Source: Octopus bimaculoides (lineage: Eukaryota). Taken from it: a stretch of DNA of 64,000 nucleotides. Each line of letters begins with the position of its first letter. Position 1 is the stretch's first letter. The notes beneath the pieces were generated by a model that ran no database searches, was not told the DNA's origin, and saw only the letters and a list, made by a program, of their open reading frames with translations. This document shows positions 37,665-49,251 of this stretch, piece by piece. The translations under genes and the position numbers were made by a program. The stretch covers positions 114,425,841-114,489,840 of the forward strand of contig NC_068986.1 of NCBI RefSeq assembly GCF_001194135.2, read 5' to 3'.

Positions 37665-38000
37665 AATAGCCGACTGGTTAAAAAGTTCGCTATGCAGTCA
37701 TGAGGTCATTAGTTCAAAGCTACAGCGTGAAGTCTAAAGCAAGCATTTCTTTTTATGCAAAACCTGGAGTTAGCCCAAGACCTTTGAGAAAACTTACATG
37801 GACGGAGCTGTGGAAGTCCGTTGGATGGATTGTATCTGTAATTCAAAAAGTAACGGCTTACCACGCTGATTAATCTTTCTGAGAATTACGTGAAGTATAT
37901 ATATGCCTGCAAAATGCTCGGCCATTTATATGATATTCGGTTGAGTGAACAAACAACTAATTCATCGTGGAAACCGACAGACGATCTCCTTGTGTCGAAT
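37665..38000 (+). mobile_element. Highly degenerate SINE (B/C-like head, C-like tail)
   Basis: gccgactggttaaaaagttcgct...gttcaaa...gacggagctgtggaagtccgt...tgtatctgtaattcaaa...ctgagaattacgt resembles the family B/C consensus by eye. Confidence 0.4.
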
Positions 38001-38029
38001 ATATATGAGTAAATGAATACCGCGAGCAG

Positions 38030-38481
38030 CTTGGGCGGTTTAAGTCAGCACTAGAAGAAAATCAACCATCTTTGGTTTCATCACGAAAGGTGTTCTTCCA
38101 TCAGGATAACGATCGGTCTCTTACAGCGAGGATGATATTCCAAAGGCGGGAGCAGTTTGAATGGGAAACGATGCCCCACCCACCATATTCGCTGGACATT
38201 GCCCCATTTGATTATCATTTATTCCGCAGTCTTCAAAATCATTTTGGACGACCAAAAAAAATATGAATTCTGTATAGGAGGTCAGAACGGTACTGGAGGA
38301 GTATTTTTCGTCACGGACAAGTGAATTCTGGAAGAAGGGCCTTGCAAGTCTGCCAGAGAGATGTTAGAGCTTTGTAGAAAATGAAGGAGAGTATATTTTA
38401 GATTAAAAAGGCATTTTGCTTATCTTAATTTTGAAAAATAAAAGAAGTATTAAAAAATTGCATTATTTATGGGATGACCTA

Positions 38482-38484
<3 letters not shown>
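38030..38484 (+). mobile_element. Mariner transposase 3' fragment with right TIR and TA target
   Basis: KVFFHQDND...FEWETMPHPPYSLDIAPFDYHLFRSLQNHF; right end gcattatttatgggatgacctaa|TA at 38460-38484. Confidence 0.85.
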
Positions 38485-38530
<46 letters not shown>

Positions 38531-39221
38531 CCCACTTGGATACCGTGTTGATGTCCAAGATTCAACGAAAGATTTCTGTTCAAAGCGACAAACCAGCTCT
38601 TTATCTATAAGTGATAAATTTGAAAAATAGAATTAGGTAAAATCTCTCTCTCTCTGCACGCGCACGCGTGGTTGCGCTGGAAGATGACTCCTCAGTCACT
38701 GGAGATGGTACTGATGGCGGTGGTTATGGTGACACTCTCTATCGTTGTGGTAGGAAAGACAGTAGTGATAGTGGTGTGTGTAATCGGGAAAAAGAGGTGG
38801 TTGCGGGGTTGGTAGTGGTGATAGTGGTGGTGGCACTGATGATAGAGGTGGTTATACATGTGGTGGCAGTGGTAATATTTATGGTTGCAGAAGTGGTACT
38901 GCAAGTGGTTACGGTGACGGCAGTCGCAGTGGTAGTGGCGGTGGTAATGGTGGTATTATCTGTAGTGGTAGTGATAATGAAATATAATGCTGACATTTGC
39001 AAATAACTTCAACGTTTATATTGTTGTCTGTTTATAGAGATGGGTTTAATATCAACGTAATTATGACGTGATGAATGATGTCAACTAGTATACATACATA
39101 CACACATAGATGCATATATTCATATATTCATTCTCAGACATAGAGATTGAATCGCACACACACAAATTTATATAGATAGGTGTGGGTGTATGTGCATTAT
39201 TTATGCTATTAGCATATACAC

Positions 39222-39426
39222 TCTTTCACTTGTTTCAGTCATTTGACTGCGGCCATGCTGGTGCACCGCCTTTAGTCGAGCAAATCGACCCCGGGCTTAT
39301 TCTTTGTAAGCCTACTACCTATTCTATCGGACTCTTAGTCCGAACCGCTAAGTTACGGGGACGTAAACACACCAGCATCGTTTGTCAAGCGATGTTGCGA
39401 GGACAAACACATACACACAAACATAT

Positions 39427-39469
<43 letters not shown>
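39222..39469 (-). mobile_element. SINE family B 3' half (head lost in gap)
   Basis: ttgtttcagtcatttgactgcggccatgctgg...tagtcgagcaaatcgacccc...ccgaaccgctaagttacggggacgtaaacacaccagcatc is the reverse complement of the family B tail. Confidence 0.85.
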
Positions 39470-40112
39470 NNNNNNNNNNNNNNNNNNNNNNNNNNNNNNN
39501 NNNNNNNNNNNNNNNNNNNNNNNNNNNNNNNNNNNNNNNNNNNNNNNNNNNNNNNNNNNNNNNNNNNNNNNNNNNNNNNNNNNNNNNNNNNNNNNNNNNN
39601 NNNNNNNNNNNNNNNNNNNNNNNNNNNNNNNNNNNNNNNNNNNNNNNNNNNNNNNNNNNNNNNNNNNNNNNNNNNNNNNNNNNNNNNNNNNNNNNNNNNN
39701 NNNNNNNNNNNNNNNNNNNNNNNNNNNNNNNNNNNNNNNNNNNNNNNNNNNNNNNNNNNNNNNNNNNNNNNNNNNNNNNNNNNNNNNNNNNNNNNNNNNN
39801 NNNNNNNNNNNNNNNNNNNNNNNNNNNNNNNNNNNNNNNNNNNNNNNNNNNNNNNNNNNNNNNNNNNNNNNNNNNNNNNNNNNNNNNNNNNNNNNNNNNN
39901 NNNNNNNNNNNNNNNNNNNNNNNNNNNNNNNNNNNNNNNNNNNNNNNNNNNNNNNNNNNNNNNNNNNNNNNNNNNNNNNNNNNNNNNNNNNNNNNNNNNN
40001 NNNNNNNNNNNNNNNNNNNNNNNNNNNNNNNNNNNNNNNNNNNNNNNNNNNNAGCCTCGGGTCGAGGATTTCGTAAACGGAAACTGAAAGAAACCTAACG
40101 TATATATATATA

Positions 40113-40834
40113 CAAAAATAAGAGGAATGACCAGCAAAAGTGAACTCCTATATGCTAGAAATAGATGCCGAATCATCTAACCACGAAAAAAAATATATGT
40201 TCTCAGTAAAAATTCAGTGACACAACAGACTGTAAAAGGGCAAGACAAATGAAAAAATACTAAAGAAAAAAACTGGTCATTCCTCTTATTTTTGTGTGTA
40301 ATATAATTTTAATCTTCGGATTTTTTTAATATGCTAGACCACTGGTTTTAATTGATTAATATCAACTTCTACCCTCATAAATAAATTTTATACAATAATG
40401 TTCTCTAACCGGTAAATTAGCGGCAAATATTTATTAACTGCAGAATTATTTCCGGAATTAGCGCGCCAGATTGAAAGGATACACTGAATGTAAATTGTAG
40501 AACTCTACACGTGCTCCCTTTCGGATGGACGTCTTGTGTCAAGTTCTAGAAATTATATCGCAAATCGACAGACTGCGCTGACGATCCTGCAGATATTTAC
40601 TTATTTTCATTTGTCTTGCCTTTTTACAGTCTGTTGTGTCGCTGAATTTTTACTGAGAACATATATTTTTTTTTCGTGGTTAGATGATTCGGCATCTATT
40701 TCTAACATATAGGAGTCCACTTTTGCTGGTCATTCCTCTTATTTTTGTATGTAATATAATTTTAATCTTCGGATTGTTTTAATATGCTAGACCACTGGTT
40801 CTAATTGATTAATATCAACTTCTACCCTCATAAA
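40113..40834. repeat. Compound inverted plus direct duplication
   Basis: 40113-40255 is the reverse complement of 40604-40747 (~143 bp, few mismatches); 40273-40383 is a direct copy of 40726-40834. Confidence 0.88.
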
Positions 40835-41036
40835 TAGTTGCCATGATTGATCGCTGNNNNNNNNNNNNNNNNNNNNNNNNNNNNNNNNNNNNNNNNNNNN
40901 NNNNNNNNNNNNNNNNNNNNNNNNNNNNNNNNNNNNNNNNNNNNNNNNNNNNNNNNNNNNNNNNNNNNNNNNNNNNNNNNNNNNNNNNNNNNNNNNNNNN
41001 NNNNNNNNNNNNNNNNNNNNNNTATATACATATATA

Positions 41037-41280
41037 TATTCGGTCATCCCATAAATAATGCGATGTTTTCAATTGCATGAACTAAAAGTCGCAGGGAGAC
41101 GGGATAAACTACCTTCTTCAAATTGCTATAAAAGCAGGTAGTAATTTTACCTTGTTCTTATTCTTAGTGCAAGTTTTCAAGAGTGTAATTCGATTTTAAC
41201 ACTTATTTTTTTCAAAGCTATAATGGAAGTAACAAAGCATATCTGGCATATTTTACTTTAGGTAACTGATCAAACTGTAA
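41037..41280 (+). mobile_element. Left end of a mariner of the same family as 38030-38484
   Basis: TA|ttcggtcatcccataaataatgc matches the reverse complement of the 38460-38482 TIR at 22/23 positions. The right boundary is approximate. Confidence 0.7.
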
Positions 41281-42064
41281 CTACATTAGCAGGCGCATGT
41301 CCAACCTCTAGCGCCAAAAGACAGAACACGGAACCAAATGCTTGCGATACCAACTTATTGACCACAAAGGCATATTTGTCCTGTGTTTAATCATCAAATC
41401 GCTCGAGCAGGACTGACCTGGAGTTAAACAATAACAACTACGAAGTCTGTAAGGAAGGTTCTACACTGTCATCCGCTTCCCATTATTTAAATATCAAAGG
41501 AATCTTCCTCAAATGACAGCCTACAGTCAATTTTAAAAGGACGCCTAAGTTAATTTACTCTTATATAGACTGTGTCTGAAGAAGGATGCTATGTTTGTAG
41601 TTGCATGGTACGATAAGAGCCGACTACGGCTGAAAACCAAAAACAAAAATAGAAAACAGAAAGCAGAAATGACAACAATAACAACAAAAGATTCTGTTTC
41701 AACAAAGCCATATTATACCACACTACATTTCATAAACTACATATATAAACAAATAAAAACTGAGGTTGGCTAAATGATAATACGGGACTGGAGTGCTGCT
41801 GAAATAGAATAGGGTGCCACCCCCGTGAATTGGGCATGGGATTTAACAGTATTCTAGGAAGGAGAGGCGATTTGATTGGGAGGGGGTTTATGACACCCAC
41901 CCCCCACCACCACCACCCCAGCACTCACCCTTCAAAATGCCTGATGAATATATTTATTTCACTCATTTCTATCACTGTCAAGTAAAATAGGGGCTGGGGG
42001 TGTGGATCATGTAACCTACATATATACAGATATACATACGTATATATAAAGATAACAAACATGC

Positions 42065-42095
<31 letters not shown>

Positions 42096-43301
42096 CTCTC
42101 TCTTTCCTTTCCTGAGCGTCCAATAATACTATCCATATCACGTCCTCACTTTGTTGTTTTTTTGTTTTTTTGTTATTGTTTTTTTGAACTATATATATAT
42201 ATATATACACAAATGTGCACACGCACACACACACATATACATATATACTCACAGACACAGTGCTCTGACAAAATTTTGCATCAAGTAGCTGTCCATAGTT
42301 TCAGTCACACTGCTTCGTACACACACACACACACACACACACATACACACACANNNNNNNNNNACACACACACACATACACACACACACACACATACATA
42401 CATACATACATACACACATACGTTACATACATACACACACACATGCATAGAAACGAGGTGTGTACATGTGTTTGCACTGGTTGCAGGGGTGGTGGTGGTG
42501 GTGGTTGTGTTTGTGTTGTTATTTTGATCCAGGACAGTCCTGTTTAAACAGGTCTATAGTCAAAGGTGAGTCCATTCAGGATAATCCTGTCTTTTTCCAA
42601 TGTTCAGTAAACTCAGAACCATATAATCTAAGTCATTTTTTAAGATGGTGAAATGTGACTTCAGGAATATTTGGTTGCTATTTCTAACAGGTCGTACGCC
42701 CATGTAGATACTCCCTCTTTGATGACACTGATGGTGGTGGTAGTGGTGCTGGCGGTGCAGTAGCTGTATGTATGTGCGTAGAGTATAGATGTGTGTAATT
42801 GTATGCGATTAGGCGTGTGTTTGTGTGCGTGCGTGCGTGCGTGTGTGTGTGTGTGTGTGCTTGTGTGCGTACGCATGTGTGTGTGTGTGTGTAGCCAAGG
42901 GAAGCGTCGATGTCTTGCAGCTATTATGTCGTTTTCAGATCTGTCACTCGCTTTCTTTTACCACCACCACCACCACCACCACCACCACCACCACCACCAT
43001 CGCCGTGGCTGCCGCTTCTCAGACACGACTAATCCCATCACCCCCATTCTTTCTGTTTTCCAATCTAATTCCACTCCCACTACCAGTAACAAAACACACC
43101 ACTACCAACAACAACAATACCGCCAATAGCAAAGCCACCACCGCTGTCAACAACAACAAGAACTATAGCACTACCACTACCACCACCACCACCATCGACA
43201 TCATGAACTCCACTGCCACTAATAGCATCACCATCACCACCATCAGCATGATACGACCACGAACCATCACCACTACAGCCACCACCTTTGCCCCAATGAC
43301 T

Positions 43302-43333
<32 letters not shown>

Positions 43334-43587
43334 CCCACAGCCGCCTCCCCTGCCACTACCGTAGCCACCACCACCTCCTTCACTACTTCCACTATCTCTA
43401 ACAACTATGGCCACCAATATCCAAGAAGAAGGAGTAAGTACATATGTACTACTGCTACTACTGTTGTGTAAGAAAGGCCCCTAAAGTTGACACCACAGAT
43501 CCCTGATAAATTATCTCAGTGTGTGTGGACGTCTGTGAATAGGGAGAGGGAGACTAGTATAAAGTGGGTCTCTCTGAGACTGTGTGA

Positions 43588-43761
43588 TTATGACGATGGC
43601 GAGGGGGAATGCTTATAATGGTGACGGCGGTGGTGGAGAATGATGGCGGCTGTGTTGATTAGCGGTGGTGTTCGTAGAGGGGCTTCTTGTTGTTGCTGTT
43701 GTTGTTGCTGTTGTTGCGGTGGTGATGGCGGTGATAATGTCGGTGGTGGTCCAGTTGGTGG
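43588..43761. repeat. ~165-bp direct duplication, copy 1 (copy 2 at 44843-45004)
   Basis: ttatgac...gaggggaatgcttataatggtgacggcggtggtgg...gattagcggtggtgttcgta...ggggcttcttgttgttg...gcggtgataatgtcggtggtggtccagttggtgg in both places. Confidence 0.88.
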
Positions 43762-44527
43762 TCTCAATGAAGGGGTCAGTGTTGTGGTGGTAATAGTGGT
43801 TGTTGTTGTTGTTGTTGTGGTAGTGGTAGCTGTGGTGGTGGTAGTGGAAGAGATATTATTAATGGAGGTGTCTGTACTGTCTTTGATAATGATAGTAGTG
43901 TTGTTGTTGTTGTTGCTTTTGGTGGTGGTGGTGGTGGTGGTGGAAGATGGAGGTATCTGTTGTGGTTATAGTAGTGATGGTGGTGGTGACACTCCAATGA
44001 AAGGGAGGTGGTGTGACACACCCCCTTTATCTACTTTCAGTTGTAATGTGATGAAACCAAATACCTTATGTGTTACAAACAGTACAAACACTGTTGTTGC
44101 TGTTGTTGTTGCTGTTGCTGTTGTTGTTGTTGTTGTGGGTGCTGCTGTTGTTGTTGTTGCTGTTGTGGGTGCTGCTGTCATCGTCGTTATTGTTATTGTT
44201 GTTGCCGTCTTCTTCGTTACTGTCCTTATTTTCTTGACATGACAATGTCGCTACCCGGCAGTCACAGGCAAGGGAGGGAGAGTCAGAGTGGATGAATCAA
44301 CTCATTCACACACTTTCCACCCTTTCACTTGCCGTACTTCCCTCTTGATATTCTTCACGTTACGTAGTGAAGGTGCGAATCCCAACACCCTGTTTTCGGT
44401 GCGGCATCACACTGCTCGCTGTCCATATCTCGTTTTGTTCTTGCATCTACTTGCCTTTTGAATGTTTATGAAACTTTCAGTGATTGGTAGCGCCATTGTT
44501 TTACTACTGTGCACATTGTCCATTGCG

Positions 44528-44780
44528 GGATCTTTCTGATTTGGTGGACACCATTTTTTATTTAGTGTTTATTTAGTGTGATTTCTACCGAAACACTTTA
44601 AAATTTTGCATACTTGAATATTTTGTCTTATAGAACAGAGAAAATTTGTTATATTCGAAGTTATTTCATGTTAAAAGTTGTCGTATTTCGGTCATTTCAA
44701 CCAATCACTGACGTCTATTGAAGTGAAAACAATTACTGCTGTGGATTGTAAACAACACGTTGTGACGGTGTAATGGGATC
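44528..44780. mobile_element. Diverged half-copy of the Merlin-type MITE at 47502-48148
   Basis: Starts GGATCTTT...GG.CACCA and shares ttatagaacag, ttatttcatgt, gttgtcgtatttcg and caaccaatcactgacgtctatt. Confidence 0.6.
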
Positions 44781-45079
44781 TTTTCCCTTGAATAAAATTA
44801 GTGCCTCTGTTTGTCAACAACAACTATCGGCGGTACTGTTATTTATGACATCGGTGAGGGGAATGCTTATAATGGTGACGGCGGTGGTGGGGAATGATGG
44901 CGGTTGTGTTGATTAGCGGTGGTGTTCGTACAGGGGCTTCTTGTTGTTGCTGTTGTTGTTGGTAGTAGCTGCGGTGATAATGTCGGTGGTGGTCCAGTTG
45001 GTGGAGCTTTTTTCTCTTTTTTTCCTTCCATTCTCTCTTCCTGTTTTTGACTTGATGTATCTCCTCTTTCAAATCATAC

Positions 45080-45500
45080 ACATCTCTCCTCCCTCCATCT
45101 ATCCAATAATATTACCAACAAATGCCCAAATTTTAATTCACACCAAAAAACCTCCTCAATCGAGCAACACTATTTACAAGGCTCAATACTTGGAATGATC
45201 AAATATAACTACCATTGGAACTCACACACCAAGTACAAGAAACTTCTTCACTACTTATATACACTATTCTGCTTGAATAATGGAACTGCAAATACAATAT
45301 CCTTATGTATCTCACTTCTACTTTCATTCTCTTACTTCCTTCTGTATTTCATATGTTCTCTACAATAATTAATACTCAAACATTTTCTCGTACCGTCTCT
45401 GATGAAGGGATGTATAAAATATCCCGGAAACAGCTGTAAGACTTTTTCATTATAAATGTTCTGAAAACTATTTACAGCCTTGGATTTTTTTTTTATCTCA
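45080..45500 (+). mobile_element. Probable Penelope-like 3' end carrying a hammerhead ribozyme
   Basis: ILIHTKKP resembles the GIY-YIG C-terminal ExxLIxxxKPxLN motif (weak), followed by an AT-rich UTR with the hammerhead at 45395-45442. Confidence 0.45.
45395..45442 (+). ncRNA. Minimal type I hammerhead ribozyme motif, canonical core
   Basis: Stem I GTCT/AGAC; CTGATGA; A; stem II GGGAT(GT)...(AT)ATCCC; G; GAAAC; palindromic AGCT; GTA cleavage triplet at 45436-45438. Confidence 0.75.
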
Positions 45501-45587
45501 TTCTGTCAATTTATATATNNNNNNNNNNNNNNNNNNNNNNNNNNNNNNNNNNNNNNNNNNNNNNNNNNNNNNNNNNNNNNNNNNNNN

Positions 45588-45670
<83 letters not shown>

Positions 45671-45779
45671 CGGACAGACAGACAGACTAAATAGATATCA
45701 ATTGCGCATCTTGATTCAGGTAATATACGATATATAGTACTTTATGTCTTGCTTGTGTATTTTATTAGATGTGGTGTTT

Positions 45780-46030
45780 TATGTATTTACTGCATTGAAT
45801 TCTTTTTCTGTATGCTTCTTTGGCTTGGTCTGCTTAGTAGGTTTGATTCCAGTTGTTGATCATTCTGTAGATTTCTTTTGTTTAATGCTTCATTTGTATG
45901 AGGGTAATCGAAATGTTTTTTTATAAGCAGAGACTTCGCCATTGACATTTCAGATCTGTGGTCATTCATTATCCCTAATGCAAAGAGCAGGCATTTATCG
46001 GTGTCTTTGGTATTGACGAACATGCTATAT
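45780..46030 (-). mobile_element. Decayed Penelope-like GIY-YIG fragment
   Basis: IMNDHRSEMSMAKSLLIKKHFDYPH resembles the PLE endonuclease motif RMNEHRSDI...VAxHFNxPxH. Confidence 0.35.
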
Positions 46031-47501
46031 TTCTTATTTCTATTACAGTATTTATAACTATAAACTCAGTTTCTGTAGCACTAGAATTCTTTTTTTATTT
46101 ATAATGAACATTAGACGGTAGGACAGAGATGTTTTGTAAGGATTTCCTTAATATCATAACGTATTCCACTGTATCCATAATGACTTATATCCCCAATATA
46201 TACGGTTTATATTGTATGTTTATGCTTTGAGAGAAACCAATTTTCTTTCCTGTAGTAGCTATGTAGTACGGTGAAAACGTAGGCAGCAATGGAAAACTCA
46301 TAGCTCATCCACCTGCTTGTACAACTTGTTATGGCTTATAAACAAACCACACATTAAGTATTTGCGAACCAAATATGCTATTGAATACATGAACATATGA
46401 TTAACAAAATGCACACTAGCTATTGAGAAGAAGAACATATGATTAAAAAAGTACTCATAAGACAGAACAGAAAATGTCTTACAGACAATTATATATTAGC
46501 ATTAATTATATATTACAAAAACATTATAATTAAAAACTTCATTATCAGAAACAAATAACAGGCTTGCAAACCTGGGAATGCTGCAAATGTGATTTACAAA
46601 TTTAATTGCAATTGTGAAAATTGTATACTTCCCTCTAACATTTTCCCAGTAAGTGGAACAATCTTTTCCCGTTTCACCATGCACTTACAAGAAGCAATTG
46701 CAACGAGCTATATCACACAGCATAAAACTTGACTGGAAAACAACAGTCAACATTACAACCACCTTTTACAAAATTGAGTACAAAATTGAGTACTTATGAA
46801 AGCAGAGGCCAAAGATCAGAGCCCAAGACAGTTTCTTAAACCTCTGTGAATTATAAGGAGGAAGAAAGTTATCCCCAGATCGAGACCTGGTTCGAATGCT
46901 TGCAATAGGATTAAGTCTTACTACCGAGGAACAGGAGATTGCAAAACGATCAAACAGGGAGTCACAGCTCTAACATTATTTCTATGTGAATAAAATGAAC
47001 GAGGGGACTGGATATTAAATTTGAAAAGTAAAGAAAATATAGAATTGTTCACGTGTTGTTTCTAGTTCTTTCAGTAAACGTTCACCTCCTCAGCTGCAGT
47101 TCAAGTTACTTATTTAACGGCACAATATATAAACAGTTGTTGAAATCACGAGAGGCTGGTATATAAATCGACATATGACAGTCAAAGGAAAAGGAGCGGT
47201 CACTCTATATACCTCCGAGATATGATAAACTGTCTTAGAGAAGTAGTGAAAAATACGTCCAGAGTGCTCTGTTGGGTGATATGATAAACTGGGATGTCTA
47301 AATACATTCCATGATCTATAGGATAGATAGACTTCTATGAACCCAGACAGTGCAATTCTATTTGAACTAAATGAGTTCAACTATTTAGTTCAACTATTTT
47401 ATCAGTGAGAGTGCGCAACGACTCAACAGGTAGCGAGAGAGAAAGGGGGTACAGGGACAAACAGACAGACACAATAAAACCTCTATAAAATTTGACAAAA
47501 T

Positions 47502-48148
47502 GGATCTTGTTCAAAACGGGGGCACCAGTTTTCATTTATGTTCTATGTAGTGTTTTTGGTACCGAAAGACTTTCAAACTTCGTATACTTATCTATTTTGT
47601 GTTATAGAACAGAAAAAAATTTTTGTATTCGAATTTATTTCATGTAAAAATTGTCTTATTTCGATAATTTCTACTAATCACTGACGTCTATTCAGTTGAA
47701 AACAGTTAGCGCTGTAACGGTGTATATCGTATTAATCCCCGTTAGTTCTGACATTTCAACTCTAACCCTAACCCTAACCCTAACCCTAACACTAACCCTA
47801 ACTCTAGAATCCGAACTCTAAAATTGTTACACACATAGATACGCACAGCGTAATTTATTATATAAACAATATATGCGTATAAATTACGATTAAACCGGAT
47901 GAAATATGTCACAGGGAATAACATTTTTATGACCGGCGAGCAGTAACTCTATTCAGGTGAATAGACGTCAGTGATTGGTTGAAATTACAGAAATACGACA
48001 ACTTTAACATGAAATAACTTGCGATGTACGTTTTATTGTTAAGAAGACTAAGAGAAAAAGATGTTTTATATGACACATTCTACCAGTGTCCCAAGTTTCA
48101 AAGTGTTTCGTTAAGAAAATACTGGTGCCCCCGTTTTGAACAAGATCC
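47502..48148. mobile_element. Merlin-type non-autonomous DNA transposon (MITE), 647 bp
   Basis: Perfect 28-bp TIR GGATCTTGTTCAAAACGGGGGCACCAGT (47502-47529 / 48121-48148); 8-bp TSD GACAAAAT (47494-47501, 48149-48156); imperfect subterminal inverted arms (~47630-47708 vs ~47944-48020). GG termini plus 8-bp TSD fit the Merlin/IS1016 superfamily. Confidence 0.9.
47762..47803. repeat. Interstitial telomeric (CCCTAA/TTAGGG)n array inside the MITE
   Basis: Seven units: ctaacc x4, ctaaca, ctaacc, ctaact. Confidence 0.88.
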
Positions 48149-48345
48149 GACAAAATTATGAAGAACATGGAAAAGAGAGTTAAGCAATGGTGGATGAACA
48201 ATGCACCATCATTTCACATACCACGAACAGTACGGTTTCAGTCAGACCCGAAGATATGCCCGCTTTCACCTCTAAACCCCATTCTTAACCATGTTCATTC
48301 CTATCATCTCCCATTCATAGAATTTGTTAAGCAGAGCTTCCTTCC

Positions 48346-48377
<32 letters not shown>

Positions 48378-48432
48378 CACTTTATCTCTCTTACTCTCAC
48401 TATCTCTTTCTTTCTATCTTTCTTTCTATTTT

Positions 48433-48479
<47 letters not shown>

Positions 48480-48596
48480 AATCTCACGATCGGCTACAAC
48501 TAACGGGGGCAAGCTACCTGCCTTTCCTTGGCAAATGAAAATGGTGGAGAGAACGATTTTCATAATGGCGTTTGAATGTTTCAGAACACTCGCACT

Positions 48597-48713
<117 letters not shown>

Positions 48714-48969
48714 GATCTAAAAAGGGGAAACAGATTTACAGATATATACTGATTTTACAAGTGTATATAATACGTTGAAATCAGTGTATGTAAGATGTAT
48801 CGTTCAATGGTTGAGTTATTTTCGACGCGCAACCATATACACGCATCGCCATAACAAAACAGAGAGAGAGAAAGAGAGTGAGAGAGATAGACAGAGACAG
48901 AGACAGACAGACAGAATACAAAATAAATATTCAACTCCAAGATCCGTATTTAGTTCCTTACTCAGCTGT

Positions 48970-48997
48970 TATTAGATAGATGGGCAGACAGACAGAC

Positions 48998-49036
<39 letters not shown>

Positions 49037-49047
49037 TAGATAGATAG

Positions 49048-49094
<47 letters not shown>

Positions 49095-49129
49095 CGGACG
49101 GACACAGACACACAGACAGACAGATAGAT

Positions 49130-49179
<50 letters not shown>

Positions 49180-49206
49180 CGGACGGACACAGACACACAG
49201 ACAGAC

Positions 49207-49250
<44 letters not shown>
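48970..49250. repeat. Compound (GATA/GACA)n array with a higher-order duplicated unit
   Basis: gacggacggacacagacacacagacagacagatagat occurs twice (~49094 and ~49178). Confidence 0.9.
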
Positions 49251-49251
<1 letters not shown>

